Origin: Candidatus Latescibacterota bacterium
GTDB taxonomy: Bacteria > Latescibacterota > UBA2968 > GCA-2709665
Length of the DNA stretch: 64,000 nt
Direction of reading: 5' to 3'
NCBI GenBank assembly: GCA_965248435.1
Contig: OZ252100.1
Location: 3,872,001-3,936,000, forward strand
Shown here piece after piece: positions 48,443 through 59,150 of this stretch (its first letter is position 1; the number at the start of each line of letters is the position of its first letter). Made by a program: the position numbers and the translations under genes. The notes under the pieces were generated by a model. The model saw only the letters and a list, made by a program, of their open reading frames with translations, had not been told where the DNA came from and ran no database searches.

Positions 48443-50188
48443 ATGAGTGGGTCTATGGAAAATCGTGAAAAACCGAACGTGGTCATCGTGCTGACGGATG
48501 ATCAGGGCTATGGCGACATCGCCCGACACGGCAATCCCGTGGTCCGAACGCCGCATCTGGACGCGTTGCACGATGAGAGCGTGCGCCTCCGGGATTTTCA
48601 CGTCGATCCGACATGCTCACCCTCCCGGTCGGCGATCATGACGGGTTGTTACTCTCATCGCGTGAACGTCTGGAACACGACGAGCGGGCGGAATCACCTG
48701 CAGAAGGACGCCGTGACGATGGCAGAGGTCTTCCGGAGCAACGGGTATCGCACCGGACACTTCGGGAAGTGGCACCTGGGCGGAAACTACCCATATCGCC
48801 CGATGGACCGCGGGTTCGACGAATGGCTCGGTCACGGCGATGGCGGAACGGGCACGGCGAACGATTACTGGGGAAACGTGCGCGTCAACGATATGTATAA
48901 CCGGAACGGAGTTCGGGAACGGATCGAAGGATATGCCGCGGACGTGTTCTTTGACGAGGCCATGCGTTTTGTCCGGGAGGATAAGGAGCAGCCGTTCTTT
49001 CTGTATCTGGCGACCTACATTCCACACACGCCCTGCACCGTACCAGACAAAAGCTGGGTCGATCCGTATCGCGACAGGGTGCCCATCCATACCGCCTATT
49101 TCTACGCCGCGGTAGAGCGAGCAGATTATAACGTCGGCCGACTGCGCGCGTTCCTGGAGGCTGAGGGCCTTGCCGAGAATACGCTGTTGATCTTCATGAC
49201 CGACAACGGCACGACATCGGGCTCCGAACAGGTTTTCAACGCGGGGATGCGCGGGACGAAGCTCTCGATCTACGACGGGGGTCACCGGGTTCCCTGCTTT
49301 TTCCACTGGCCCGGCGGCGGCCTGAAGGAGTCTCTGGACGTGGAACCGATTACCGCCCACGTCGATCTTCTGCCGACCCTGATTGGTCTCTGCGGGCTCG
49401 AAGCGGTGGATATCGATTTTGACGGGACTAACCTCGAGCCGCTTCTACACGGGACCTCCACGGACTGGCCGGAGCGGACGTTCGTCGTGGAATCCCAGCG
49501 CATCCGGGACCCCGAGAAGTGGCGAAACTGCTCGGTGATGACGGATCGATGGCGGCTCGTGAACGGCCGCGAGCTTTACGACATGCCCTCTGATCCGGGT
49601 CAGCAGCACGACGTGAGCGCTGAGAACCCGGAGGTGGTCGAGACGCTCCGCGGGGCATATGAAGCCTTCTGGACTCGTGCGACACAGGGGGATGAGGAAC
49701 TGGCTCGACCTCATCTGGGGACATCCGCTCAGGATGAAATCTTCCTCAGCTCGATCGACTGGGTCGCGGAAGAGAGCGAGCGGCCCTGGAATCAGGGTCA
49801 CGTGGCAGCGGGACTGGACGGCTTCGGCGTCTGGCACACGCAGGTCAGCGAGGCGGGACGGTACCGGTTCGAGGTGAGGCGCTGGCCCAGGGAGATCGAT
49901 CTCCCGATGACGGCTGTCCCCGAGCTGAGAGAGAATCCCGAAGCGTATCTGATGGACGAACCGGTGATGGGCACGATATACGGCGACACGTTCGCCGGGC
50001 TTCCGGTTGCTCGCGTCCGGCTGAAGGTGGGTGAGGACGTACAGGAGACGCTAGTGGAACCGAGTGCCGCCGGCGCGACGTTCGAGGTCGAGCTGGATGC
50101 GGGGCCGGTCGATGTCAGAACCTTTCTGCTCGATGAGAACGGCAAGGCGCTCTGTGGGGGTTACTTTACGTATGTGAAAAGGATCTGA
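48443..50188 (+). CDS. Arylsulfatase
   Basis: PNVVIVLTDDQGYGD, CSPSR, GKWHLG, TDNG. Confidence 0.93.
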   Translation: MSGSMENREKPNVVIVLTDDQGYGDIARHGNPVVRTPHLDALHDESVRLRDFHVDPTCSPSRSAIMTGCYSHRVNVWNTTSGRNHLQKDAVTMAEVFRSNGYRTGHFGKWHLGGNYPYRPMDRGFDEWLGHGDGGTGTANDYWGNVRVNDMYNRNGVRERIEGYAADVFFDEAMRFVREDKEQPFFLYLATYIPHTPCTVPDKSWVDPYRDRVPIHTAYFYAAVERADYNVGRLRAFLEAEGLAENTLLIFMTDNGTTSGSEQVFNAGMRGTKLSIYDGGHRVPCFFHWPGGGLKESLDVEPITAHVDLLPTLIGLCGLEAVDIDFDGTNLEPLLHGTSTDWPERTFVVESQRIRDPEKWRNCSVMTDRWRLVNGRELYDMPSDPGQQHDVSAENPEVVETLRGAYEAFWTRATQGDEELARPHLGTSAQDEIFLSSIDWVAEESERPWNQGHVAAGLDGFGVWHTQVSEAGRYRFEVRRWPREIDLPMTAVPELRENPEAYLMDEPVMGTIYGDTFAGLPVARVRLKVGEDVQETLVEPSAAGATFEVELDAGPVDVRTFLLDENGKALCGGYFTYVKRI

Positions 50189-50429
50189 TGGCCGTGAATC
50201 GTAGATCGTAGAGACCGGGTACCGGGAAATCAAAACACGGGCCCTCACCCTGCCTCGCTTCGCTCGGCCTCCCTCTCCCATAAATGGGAGAGGGAACAAA
50301 CATCTTGCAGAGCCTTTCTCCCCTCTCCCACGTGTGGGAGAGGGGCCGGGGGTGAGGGCCTAGAACATTGATTAATATCGAATATCCGATATCCAATAAT
50401 CAAGGACGATGACAATGCGTGAGCACCAA

Positions 50430-50457
50430 CTGGATTCCCGCCTCCGCGGGAATGACA
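50430..50457. repeat. GGATTCCCGC..GCGGGAATGAC palindrome
   Basis: Hairpin related to the GTCATTCC elements at 28980 and 30913. Confidence 0.65.
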
Positions 50458-50503
50458 GCAAGGTGTCTCGTTTAACATTTAGATCAGTCGAGGAGAGAGA
50501 AAA

Positions 50504-51133
50504 ATGAAAGTACTCGTGATCGGAGCAAACGGAAAGACGGCGACTCGCGTGGTGAGGCGGCTGAAAGAGGGCCCCCACGAGCCGCTGGCGATGATCCGCA
50601 ACCCGGAACAGCGGGCTAAGTTCGACGACATGGGCGTTCAGACGGTCCTGGCGGACCTGGAGTACCCGATCGACCACGCGGTGAAGGGCTGTGACGCGGT
50701 GATCTTCGCGGCCGGATCGGGCGGGCACACCGGAAAGGACAAGACGGTACTGATCGATCACATCGGCGCGATCCGGTCCATGGTGACCGCCCAGGTGCAC
50801 GGCGCAATGCGTTTTATCATGCTCAGCACGATCAACGCGGATGTGAACAGTCAGTCTCGCGTGCCTCATTACCACAAGGCCAAGGCTTATGCCGACCTCC
50901 ATTTGCGGGAGAGCGAGTTAGAAGATACAATTATCTGTCCGGGCGGGTTGACGGAAGATGAGGGATCTGGCAAGGTCTCGATCAGCCCCGACCTGCACGA
51001 AAGTGGGAAGACGTCACGCGAGAACCTCGCCGCCGCGCTCATTATGTGCCTCGATCTCGACAATACGATCGGCAAACAGTTCAGCATGCTTGAAGGGGAT
51101 ACGCCGCTGGAAGAAGCGCTTCGGGCCATATAG
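50504..51133 (+). CDS. Atypical SDR / NAD(P)H-binding protein (YhfK-like)
   Basis: VIGANGKTA, DAVIFAAGSG, KAKAYAD. Confidence 0.88.
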   Translation: MKVLVIGANGKTATRVVRRLKEGPHEPLAMIRNPEQRAKFDDMGVQTVLADLEYPIDHAVKGCDAVIFAAGSGGHTGKDKTVLIDHIGAIRSMVTAQVHGAMRFIMLSTINADVNSQSRVPHYHKAKAYADLHLRESELEDTIICPGGLTEDEGSGKVSISPDLHESGKTSRENLAAALIMCLDLDNTIGKQFSMLEGDTPLEEALRAI

Positions 51134-51459
51134 AGGTGCGTGATACAATTGCAGATTGCGGATTGGGGATTGCGGATTAGGCGGTGCTGACGAGCAGTTC
51201 TGCACAGATCCTCTCGTTTGTCAACAGGAGTTGGCTATTGAAATGGCGTGTAGACCGTGGCCATCCTTTGGTTCGCCAACGGGAGACGGCAACGAAAATT
51301 GTGTGCCGACACCGTGAATCATTTCGTCGCCAACGGGAGTTGGCTCCTACCGTATTTGTAATCTTATAACATTGGTAAATTCAATACGCCCACAAATCCG
51401 GTAGGAGCCGTCTCCAGACGGCGAACAATCTGACTACGGCTTTGAAGGAGCTGCTGGAA

Positions 51460-53970
51460 ATGTCGAACCGATATAATGTAAAGGACTTCGGAGCGAAGGG
51501 CGACGGCCTGACGCTGGATACGGAGGCGATCCAGAAGACGATCGATGCCTGCGCCGAGGCAGGCGGGGGGACCGTGACCTTTCCCGCGGGGACCTATCTT
51601 TGCTCGACAATCTACTTGAAGAGTCACCTCACGTTCGAGGTCGGTCAGGGAGCGGTGTTGCTTGGAAGCAAGAACCTGTCTGATTATGGGGCTTTAACAG
51701 AAAGAGAGTTCTGCAGGGTGGCCAGTTGCGCAGGCTACTTCATCCGCGGCACCGACCTCGAAGAAGTGACGATATGCGGACCGGGTCAGATCGACGGCAA
51801 CGAGGCGGTCCGTGAAGACGGGACTCGTGGGCCGATGACGATTCTGTTCGAGGATTGCCGGAACGTGACGGTTCGAGACATCACGATCATTCGCGCCCCG
51901 GGATGGTGCACGACGTTCGTCGAGTGTGAAGATCTGCGGATTCTGAGGGTCAACGCACTGAATTGTGAGTGCGACGGGATCAACATCGTAGGCTGCAGAC
52001 AGGTTCTCTACGATGGCTGTGTGATCGATACGGCCCACGATGACCCGCTGTGCATCAAGAACGAAGGGAGACCAGGTGATCCCACCCGACACCGTTACAA
52101 CAATGTGACAGAGGATGTGATCATCACCAACACGGTGATCCGAAACACGACACACCCGGCGATAAAGATCGGGACGGGGTCTTCGGGGGTCTTCCGTAAC
52201 ATCCTGGTGACGAACTGCATCTTCGAGAACGTGAGGAGCATGTTTACGATCCAGCTTATGCGGCCGAAGCTCGAAGAGACGAAGGAACGGATGATCGAGA
52301 ACGTCGTGTTTTCGAATGTTACGGTTCGCGGCGTCCACGACGTCTTCGACATCACGGCGATGGCTGTGGATGAGGCGGCCGTTTCAGATCTGGTGTTCGA
52401 CAATCTGCTCGTCTCAGGGGTGAGGGAAACGTCGAAGATCTGGGGGACCGAGCAGGTCTGGATGAGCAACGTCACGATCAAGAACTCCCGCTTCGTTCAT
52501 TCTGAAAGCAGCATGACAAAATGGCTGTCCTGCGCCTACACGAAGAACCTGACGGTTCGGGATGTGACGTTCGATCTCCGTGAGCCGTTGGACAGCGTGG
52601 TGGAGTTGGACCGCGCTGATGGGTTTACCTGGGACAGGGTGTCGACGACTGGCGAGGCTGTTCGTGACCGCGTGATCGCGATCGGAAACTCTACCGGTGT
52701 AGAGATCCGGGGCTGTAGCGCGAGAGATGTCGATACTTACCTTCAAGTTGGCGAAGGAGGGCTCACAGACCTCAGATTTCTGGGGAACGACCTGCAGGAG
52801 GCGCGGGAACCGCTACTGGCTGGGTGTGACGCGATCTCAGGGAATGTCCGACCTCTGGCCGAGCGGGTTTCTTGCTCTGTCCTGGAGATGGATCGGAAGA
52901 TCGACCCCGGTACAGCGCTGGCGATCAAGGCCGACCTGAAGAACGAGGGAGAGGCTGGCGCGTTTCTGCTGAAGGTGACCGAGGGCGATCAGACGCTGGG
53001 TGGGCGGTGGGTGTACCTCGGAGCCGGAGAGCAGAGGACCGTGGCGTTCCAGACGGAGCCGATCTATCGATCCGGAAAGCACGAGGTGGAGGTCGGAGGT
53101 GTATCGGAAGCGGTGACCGTCCGAGACGTGCCGTGCGCGCTTGCTTACCCAGGTCCGTTCGAACTGGTCGTGGAGGACGGTCAGCCTGAATTGACGTGGG
53201 TGAAGGTGCCGGTCCAGAACATCGGAGGTCAGCCCGGCACGGCGGAAGTGACACTGGATGCAGCGGGGCACGTTATAAAGAAGGAAATCTCACTCGATCC
53301 GGGCGATTCTTCTTTCGTGACGTTCGACGATTTCAAAGGGGCTTCGTCCCTTCTGCCCCTGAGGGTCGGTGATTATCCTCCGCTAGAGTATTGCACGTAC
53401 GCAAACACGGACGGGCGATTCTTCTACCACCACGACGGCCGGATCGAGATTCACGCCGGCGGAGAGCGGGGTTCGTTCGAGCAGCACGCCGTCGTTTACC
53501 TGCCGCGGATCGCGGGCGATTACACGGCGGTCTGTCGCTTGTGTTACCAGGACACCCATACCGGGGAGTACGCGAGCGTGGGCCTTATCGCGCGGAACGT
53601 GATGGCGGACGATCACTCTGCGGGTCACGCCAAGTACTATCACGTGATCAAGTACGGTGGATTTATGATTTTCAATGTCGACCGCGACGGGGATGGAAAA
53701 TTTGACGATGGGGGCAGCGGGCAGGTTTACCCCATCCCGTTCTGGATAAAGCTGGAGCGGCGGGGCAAGGAGTTCCGGGCCTACGTGAGCGAAGATGGCG
53801 AGCACTGGGAGGAGAACCAGGTAAGGAGGGGGGGCAAGCGGCTACAGCTCAGCGGCCACTTTGTCCAGGAAAACGTCTCGGAAACGCAGGACGTGGGGGT
53901 TTTCGGCCTGGCCTACGGAGAGGGGATATCCAAGGTGATCTTGGGAGACTTCAGCGTTACACAGGCCTGA
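51460..53970 (+). CDS. GH28-like beta-helix protein, copy 2
   Basis: Full-length paralog of 34937-37420; ECDGINI, HDDPLCIK. Confidence 0.8.
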   Translation: MSNRYNVKDFGAKGDGLTLDTEAIQKTIDACAEAGGGTVTFPAGTYLCSTIYLKSHLTFEVGQGAVLLGSKNLSDYGALTEREFCRVASCAGYFIRGTDLEEVTICGPGQIDGNEAVREDGTRGPMTILFEDCRNVTVRDITIIRAPGWCTTFVECEDLRILRVNALNCECDGINIVGCRQVLYDGCVIDTAHDDPLCIKNEGRPGDPTRHRYNNVTEDVIITNTVIRNTTHPAIKIGTGSSGVFRNILVTNCIFENVRSMFTIQLMRPKLEETKERMIENVVFSNVTVRGVHDVFDITAMAVDEAAVSDLVFDNLLVSGVRETSKIWGTEQVWMSNVTIKNSRFVHSESSMTKWLSCAYTKNLTVRDVTFDLREPLDSVVELDRADGFTWDRVSTTGEAVRDRVIAIGNSTGVEIRGCSARDVDTYLQVGEGGLTDLRFLGNDLQEAREPLLAGCDAISGNVRPLAERVSCSVLEMDRKIDPGTALAIKADLKNEGEAGAFLLKVTEGDQTLGGRWVYLGAGEQRTVAFQTEPIYRSGKHEVEVGGVSEAVTVRDVPCALAYPGPFELVVEDGQPELTWVKVPVQNIGGQPGTAEVTLDAAGHVIKKEISLDPGDSSFVTFDDFKGASSLLPLRVGDYPPLEYCTYANTDGRFFYHHDGRIEIHAGGERGSFEQHAVVYLPRIAGDYTAVCRLCYQDTHTGEYASVGLIARNVMADDHSAGHAKYYHVIKYGGFMIFNVDRDGDGKFDDGGSGQVYPIPFWIKLERRGKEFRAYVSEDGEHWEENQVRRGGKRLQLSGHFVQENVSETQDVGVFGLAYGEGISKVILGDFSVTQA

Positions 53971-54162
53971 TAACGGGTACCGGGGAATCAAAACACGGGT
54001 ACCGGGGATCGGGAAAACCAAAACCAGAAATCACCGCAGAGGACGCAGAGAAAACTCGGGTAGCGGGAAACCAAAACACGGGTACCTGGGATCGGGTAAT
54101 GGCAAAATTTGGATTGAAATTGATCTTTCGAACCCCGGTACCCGGTACCCGGTACCCGAACA

Positions 54163-56169
54163 GTGGCTGCTTTGAATCCTAATCAGAGTGCCTCGCTTCC
54201 TGAAGGGGAGGCCGGTCCGGCCTCAGAGCGTGGGGTCACCTTCCGGGCCGTGGTCCTGGGTCTCGCGATCGTCGTGGTCATCAACCTCTGGGTGACCTAT
54301 GCCGAAGCGGTCGTCATATCCACCCGGCTCAATCTGAACTACTTCCAACTCCCCCTTCTCGTCTTCTTCATCTTCCTGGTTGGCGCTGTCAATCCGCTGC
54401 TCAAGCTTTTCAATCAGAGGCTCGCCTTCTCTTCGTCAGAGCTTCTGACCGTCGTGGCGATCGGCATCGTCGGGTCGGCCGTGCCCGGTTCTGGAATCAC
54501 CGGGTTCTTCATGGGCGTCATCTCTTCTCCGTTCTACTTTGCCACAGCTGAAAACCAGTGGTCCGAGTTCTATCACCCGCATCTCGATTCGTGGATGGTC
54601 CCCACGGATCGTGAAGCGTTAAGGGTGTTCTATGAAGGGCTCCCTGCGGGTGCGCAGATCCCCTGGGGGGCGTGGACAGTCCCGCTGGCGTGGTGGAGCA
54701 GTCTGATTCTGGCCGTTCTGGTGGGGATCGCGTGTCTGATGGTGATCCTGCGCAAACAGTGGGTCGAACACGAAAGACTGGCCTACCCGCTCGTGGCCGT
54801 ACCGCTCGAGATGGTCCAGGATGCGGATTCGGAGCGTTTTCTTCCGGGATTCATGCGAGGCAAGCTCTTCTGGATAGCGGCGGCTCTCGCATTCGGCATG
54901 TTCGTCTGGAAGTCGCTTCGGTGGTTCTGGCCCGCAGTCCCGGACTTTGTGCTGGTGCCTCCCCGGCCCTTTTCACCTTACTTCCGGTTCACGCGGCATT
55001 CTCCGGCACTCGTCATCTCCCCCCTTAATTTCTTCACCCTCGGGTTCGCCTATTTCGCCAACCTTGAAGTCCTGTTCAGCGTCTGGTTCTTCTTTATGAT
55101 ACACGTCATAGAGGGGACGATACTCACCCGGCTGGGACTCCAGACTCAGCAGGCGACCGACCACTTCACGGCCGATCAGGAGATCCAGGCCTGGCAGTGT
55201 TTCGGGGCCCTGGCCTGTATGGTCGTGTGGCGGCTCTGGGTGGCGCGCAATCACCTGAAAGCGGTCTTCCTGAAGGCACTGAATGGCCGTTATCCGGTCG
55301 AGGACAGGGATGAGATCCTTTCCTACCGGATGGCTGTGACAGGGCTGTTACTGAGCCTGAGTTACCTTCTGTTCTTGATGCATCGCGCGGGCATGGATTT
55401 CATCACCGCCATCGTCTTCATGGCGGGCACGGGGATCATCTACGTGGGAATGGCCCGAGTCGTGTCTGAAGCCGGCCTGGTGACCACACAGTCCCCGATT
55501 TCGGCGCAGGCCTTCACGATGGACATGCGAGGGACCGCGGTGATGTCGGGGTCCACTCTGACATCTATCATGCTATCCTACTCGCTGATCGACTACGTTC
55601 GGGGGCTGTTCACGCCGGCACTCGCGCAGTCCGTGAAGCTGGGCGATCTGATCCGGCGCAACCGGCGGAAACTGGTCTTCTGGGTGTGCGCGGGCATGCT
55701 GGCTGGACTGGCCTCCTCTGTGTGGATCACCCTCACCCTGGGTCACGCCCGCGGTGCCTACAACTATCGGCGGTTCCACAGGGGGAATCCCAAGGGGGTC
55801 ATGTCCGTCCCTGTGGGGCAGATGAAATCGGCTCAGCCCCCGCAGCTGGATCGGATGCTTTTCTTCGGCATCGGCGCGGTATTGATGGGACTGTTGACCT
55901 TCCTGAGATATCGCTTCAGCTGGTGGTCGATTCATCCTATCGGCTTTGCCATCTCGGCGTCGGACAACTCCAAGTCGATCCTGATGCCGGTGTTCTTCGC
56001 CTGGATGTTCAAATCGATCGTGATGCGGTTCGGGGGGATGAGGCTTTACCTGCGCTCGAAGCCTCTCTTTCTGGGGCTGCTGGTCGGCTACACACTCGGC
56101 GTGTTTTACTGTTTCCTGATCGATCTGATCTGGTTCTCGGGTCACGGACACGGGGTCCATGGCTGGTGA
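54163..56169 (+). CDS. DUF6785/DUF6784-like membrane protein, copy 2
   Basis: LRKQWVEHERLAYPL, WSIHPIG; many TM segments. Confidence 0.78.
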   Translation: MAALNPNQSASLPEGEAGPASERGVTFRAVVLGLAIVVVINLWVTYAEAVVISTRLNLNYFQLPLLVFFIFLVGAVNPLLKLFNQRLAFSSSELLTVVAIGIVGSAVPGSGITGFFMGVISSPFYFATAENQWSEFYHPHLDSWMVPTDREALRVFYEGLPAGAQIPWGAWTVPLAWWSSLILAVLVGIACLMVILRKQWVEHERLAYPLVAVPLEMVQDADSERFLPGFMRGKLFWIAAALAFGMFVWKSLRWFWPAVPDFVLVPPRPFSPYFRFTRHSPALVISPLNFFTLGFAYFANLEVLFSVWFFFMIHVIEGTILTRLGLQTQQATDHFTADQEIQAWQCFGALACMVVWRLWVARNHLKAVFLKALNGRYPVEDRDEILSYRMAVTGLLLSLSYLLFLMHRAGMDFITAIVFMAGTGIIYVGMARVVSEAGLVTTQSPISAQAFTMDMRGTAVMSGSTLTSIMLSYSLIDYVRGLFTPALAQSVKLGDLIRRNRRKLVFWVCAGMLAGLASSVWITLTLGHARGAYNYRRFHRGNPKGVMSVPVGQMKSAQPPQLDRMLFFGIGAVLMGLLTFLRYRFSWWSIHPIGFAISASDNSKSILMPVFFAWMFKSIVMRFGGMRLYLRSKPLFLGLLVGYTLGVFYCFLIDLIWFSGHGHGVHGW

Positions 56170-56364
56170 AGAGAACGGGTACCGGGAAGGCAGAACACGG
56201 GAAGGCAGAACACGGGTACCGGGAAGGCAGAACACGGGTACCGGGTACCGCAAAACCCTGGGATCGACGTTCGTCATGTGTTTCATCGGGGACATCCTCA
56301 GTCATAGCTTATCCGTAGGGCTTCAGCGAAATCGTGTCTTTCAGGATCGCGTCTGGCATTGCTT

Positions 56365-57696
56365 TCAATTGTTGAACACAGTGGCAAGGGAGCTGTCCAG
56401 GGCTTTCAGGGTAGTGGCGATATCCTCTTCCGTGTGCGCCGCGGAGATCGAGCATTGCTTGGTGGCCACCGGAAAGAAGTAGATTCCTGCGTCGATCAGG
56501 GCGCGGCGCATGGCCACGTCCTGCTCGAAGTCGTGGTGAGAGGCCAGGTCGTGCCAGTCGCGGGGCTCGTGGTCCATGAAGTAGATGCAGAAGGCTGAGC
56601 CCTGGCGCGCCACCATGCCTTCTATGCTGTGGGAGCGCAGGAGCGCCTCGATGCCTTCCTGGGCCTGCGCGCCCAGGTGCTCCAGGTGGCGGTAGACCGC
56701 ACCGTCGTCTTCGAGCAGGCGTTCGATCGTGGCGATGGCCGCGGCAACGGAGACGGGGTGGCCGCTGTAGGTCCCGGCGATGAGCGGGCGCAAGGTCGGA
56801 TCCGGATGGGCGAAGCGGTCCATGAGCTCGGCTTTACCGCCCAGTGCGGCCAGGGGGAAGCCGTTGGCAATTGCCTTGGCAAAGACCACCAGGTCGGGCC
56901 GGACGCCGCTGATGTGGCTGTAGCCGCCCACCGAGTAGCGGAAACCGGTCTTGACCTCGTCGAAGATGAGGACAAAGCCGTAGTGATCGGCCAGCTCGCG
57001 CAGGCCCTGGAGGTAGCCCGGCTTCGGCTTGAGGATGCCGATGTTCTGGAGGATGGGCTCGGTGACGAGGGCGGCGACGGGGTCGCGCTCGCAGATGTAG
57101 CGCACGGAGTCCAGGTCGTTGAAGTTGATCACGTGCACCAGTTGCTCCTGTACCCGGGGGAGGCCCGGTCCCAGGCGGACGTAAGGGTATTCGCCGGGGG
57201 AGACGCGCGGCCCGAGCTGCTCCAGGGGGGTGAGGACATTGCAGGCGAGTTCGTTGTGCGAGCCGTTGAAGCCGCCCTGCATGACGATGACGTGGTCGCG
57301 CCCGGTTGTGGCGCGGGCGAGGCGCAGGGCGGCGATATTGGCTTCGGAGCCGGTGTTGAGGAGCTCGACATTTTCCACCGCCGGTACGTGGGTGCAGATG
57401 AATTCGGCCAGGCGGCCCTCGAGTGCGTTGGTGCCCGTGCCATAGAGGCTCATTTTGTCCTCGAGGACCTTGGTGACAGCCTGGTTGACGTGCGGGTCGT
57501 TGTGCCCCAGGACGTGCGGTGCAAAGGCGGCGTGAAAGTCGATGTAGCGGTTGTCGTCCACGTCCCACATGTAGGCACCCTGGGCGCGGGCAAAGGCGAT
57601 GGTGGGCTCCACCTTGCGAACGCCCGAAACCACGCCGCCGGGGATGTATTGCTGGTTGTGTTCGAGGACTTTGATGGATCGGGGCCGCTCTTTCAT
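56365..57696 (-). CDS. Class III PLP aminotransferase (GSA-aminomutase-like)
   Basis: WDVDDNRYID, FDEVKTGFR, FAKAIANG, GTYSG. Confidence 0.9.
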   Translation of the reverse strand: MKERPRSIKVLEHNQQYIPGGVVSGVRKVEPTIAFARAQGAYMWDVDDNRYIDFHAAFAPHVLGHNDPHVNQAVTKVLEDKMSLYGTGTNALEGRLAEFICTHVPAVENVELLNTGSEANIAALRLARATTGRDHVIVMQGGFNGSHNELACNVLTPLEQLGPRVSPGEYPYVRLGPGLPRVQEQLVHVINFNDLDSVRYICERDPVAALVTEPILQNIGILKPKPGYLQGLRELADHYGFVLIFDEVKTGFRYSVGGYSHISGVRPDLVVFAKAIANGFPLAALGGKAELMDRFAHPDPTLRPLIAGTYSGHPVSVAAAIATIERLLEDDGAVYRHLEHLGAQAQEGIEALLRSHSIEGMVARQGSAFCIYFMDHEPRDWHDLASHHDFEQDVAMRRALIDAGIYFFPVATKQCSISAAHTEEDIATTLKALDSSLATVFNN

Positions 57697-57709
57697 CTTC
57701 GGTTTCCCT

Positions 57710-57838
57710 TTAGCGGAAGGTCAGAAACTGGGCGGGGTTCTCCACCAGCATCTGCTGGATGGCTGCGCCGGAGACGCCTTTGTCTTTGAGGCGCGGGACG
57801 ATGTATGCGAGGACGTGGCCGTAGCCGTGGCCGCCATC
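57710..57838 (-). pseudogene. C-terminal remnant of a phosphotriesterase-family protein
   Basis: Manual translation GGHGYGHVLAYIVPRLKDKGVSGAAIQQMLVENPAQFLTFR*; upstream DNA switches abruptly to AT-rich. Confidence 0.8.
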
Positions 57839-58042
57839 GACTGTTTTAAGTAAGTAGCAACAAAGAATAGTATAGCATATTTAAGAAAGTAATAAAGTAT
57901 CTTAGCATGCAGTAGATCCTGGGCGACGCCGAGGCAATACCCTTCCCGATTTTCCGGGACAAGTGTCTTCCTTTCTCAGGCGAAGGAGTGGCACACGAGG
58001 TGATAGCAGATCGCGTTCAAGGACACGTTTGGAGGGACACCG

Positions 58043-58966
58043 ATGATGAACTTGGAGGCATTGAAAGGACGGGTGAAGGGGATCTTTCCTCCCATCACCA
58101 CTCCGCTGACGGAAACTGAGGAATTCGATGAACAGGGCATGCGGCGGCTGGTTCAGTACCTGATCGATAGCGGGGTGCACGGACTGTTCGTGCTGGGATC
58201 GACGGGGGAATTCGCGACCTTTACCCAGGCAGAGCGGCAGCGGATCATCGAGGTGGTGGTGGATGAGGCGGCCGGCAGGGTGCCGATCCTGGCGAATGCG
58301 ACAGAAATCGGGACCAAGAAGACCGTGCAAAGTGCCAGGATGGTGGCGGAGACGGGGGCTGACGCGATGGTCCTGATGGTCCCCTTCTATTTCACGCACA
58401 CCGCCTCGGAGGTGATGCGTCACTTCAAAGATGTGACCGCATCGGTCGACCTCCCGGCCTTTATCTACAACAATCCAGAGAGCACCAAATTCAACCTGAC
58501 GCCGGAGATGCTGGAGGAGCTGTGCCAGGAGGGGCGAATCGTCGGGATCAAGGACAGCAGCAACGACTTCGCCCAATTTCAGGAGCTGCTCAGGCGGTTC
58601 AAAGGCTCGAAGGATTTCGAGGTCTTCCAGGGGGAGGAACATCACCTCGCAGCCAGCATACTTTTGGGCGCAGCAGGCGCGGTGCTGACCGTCGCCAACG
58701 CGGTTCCAAAGCTCTGCGTGGCGCTCTACGAAGCAGGCGTGAACGGGGAGATCGAAAGGGCGTTCTCTCTGCAGGATCGATTGATGAAGGCCTTCGGGAT
58801 GTTCCAGATCCCGGGCGCGTTGACGGCCGGTTCGGCAATCGGTGGGGTGAAGGCCGCTCTAGCCCTGCGTGGGATATGCGGGGGGACCGTGAAAAAGCCT
58901 TTTGAGCCGCCACCCGAAACAGATGTCAAAAGGATCAAGGAGATTCTGGACGAAGTTGAGAAGTAA
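58043..58966 (+). CDS. Dihydrodipicolinate-synthase-family aldolase/lyase
   Basis: GSTGE, YNNP, GIKDS. Confidence 0.92.
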   Translation: MMNLEALKGRVKGIFPPITTPLTETEEFDEQGMRRLVQYLIDSGVHGLFVLGSTGEFATFTQAERQRIIEVVVDEAAGRVPILANATEIGTKKTVQSARMVAETGADAMVLMVPFYFTHTASEVMRHFKDVTASVDLPAFIYNNPESTKFNLTPEMLEELCQEGRIVGIKDSSNDFAQFQELLRRFKGSKDFEVFQGEEHHLAASILLGAAGAVLTVANAVPKLCVALYEAGVNGEIERAFSLQDRLMKAFGMFQIPGALTAGSAIGGVKAALALRGICGGTVKKPFEPPPETDVKRIKEILDEVEK

Positions 58967-59150
58967 AGATAGGGTAATAGCAATTGCGGATTGCGGATTT
59001 GGGATTGCGGAATAAAACCGGGTACCGGGAAAGCAACACAAGGGTGCCGGGGATCGGGAAAACCAAAACCAGAAATCACCGCAGAGGCCTGTCCCGGCAA
59101 TGCTTTTGAGCCGGGACGCAGAGAAAATCGCGTAACGGAAGGAGAGAGAC

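Noticed and set aside
56365-57696. Calling the gene hemL, and 47168-48223 hemE or 58043-58966 dapA
   Set aside because: Family motifs only; the catabolic context and divergence argue for paralogs
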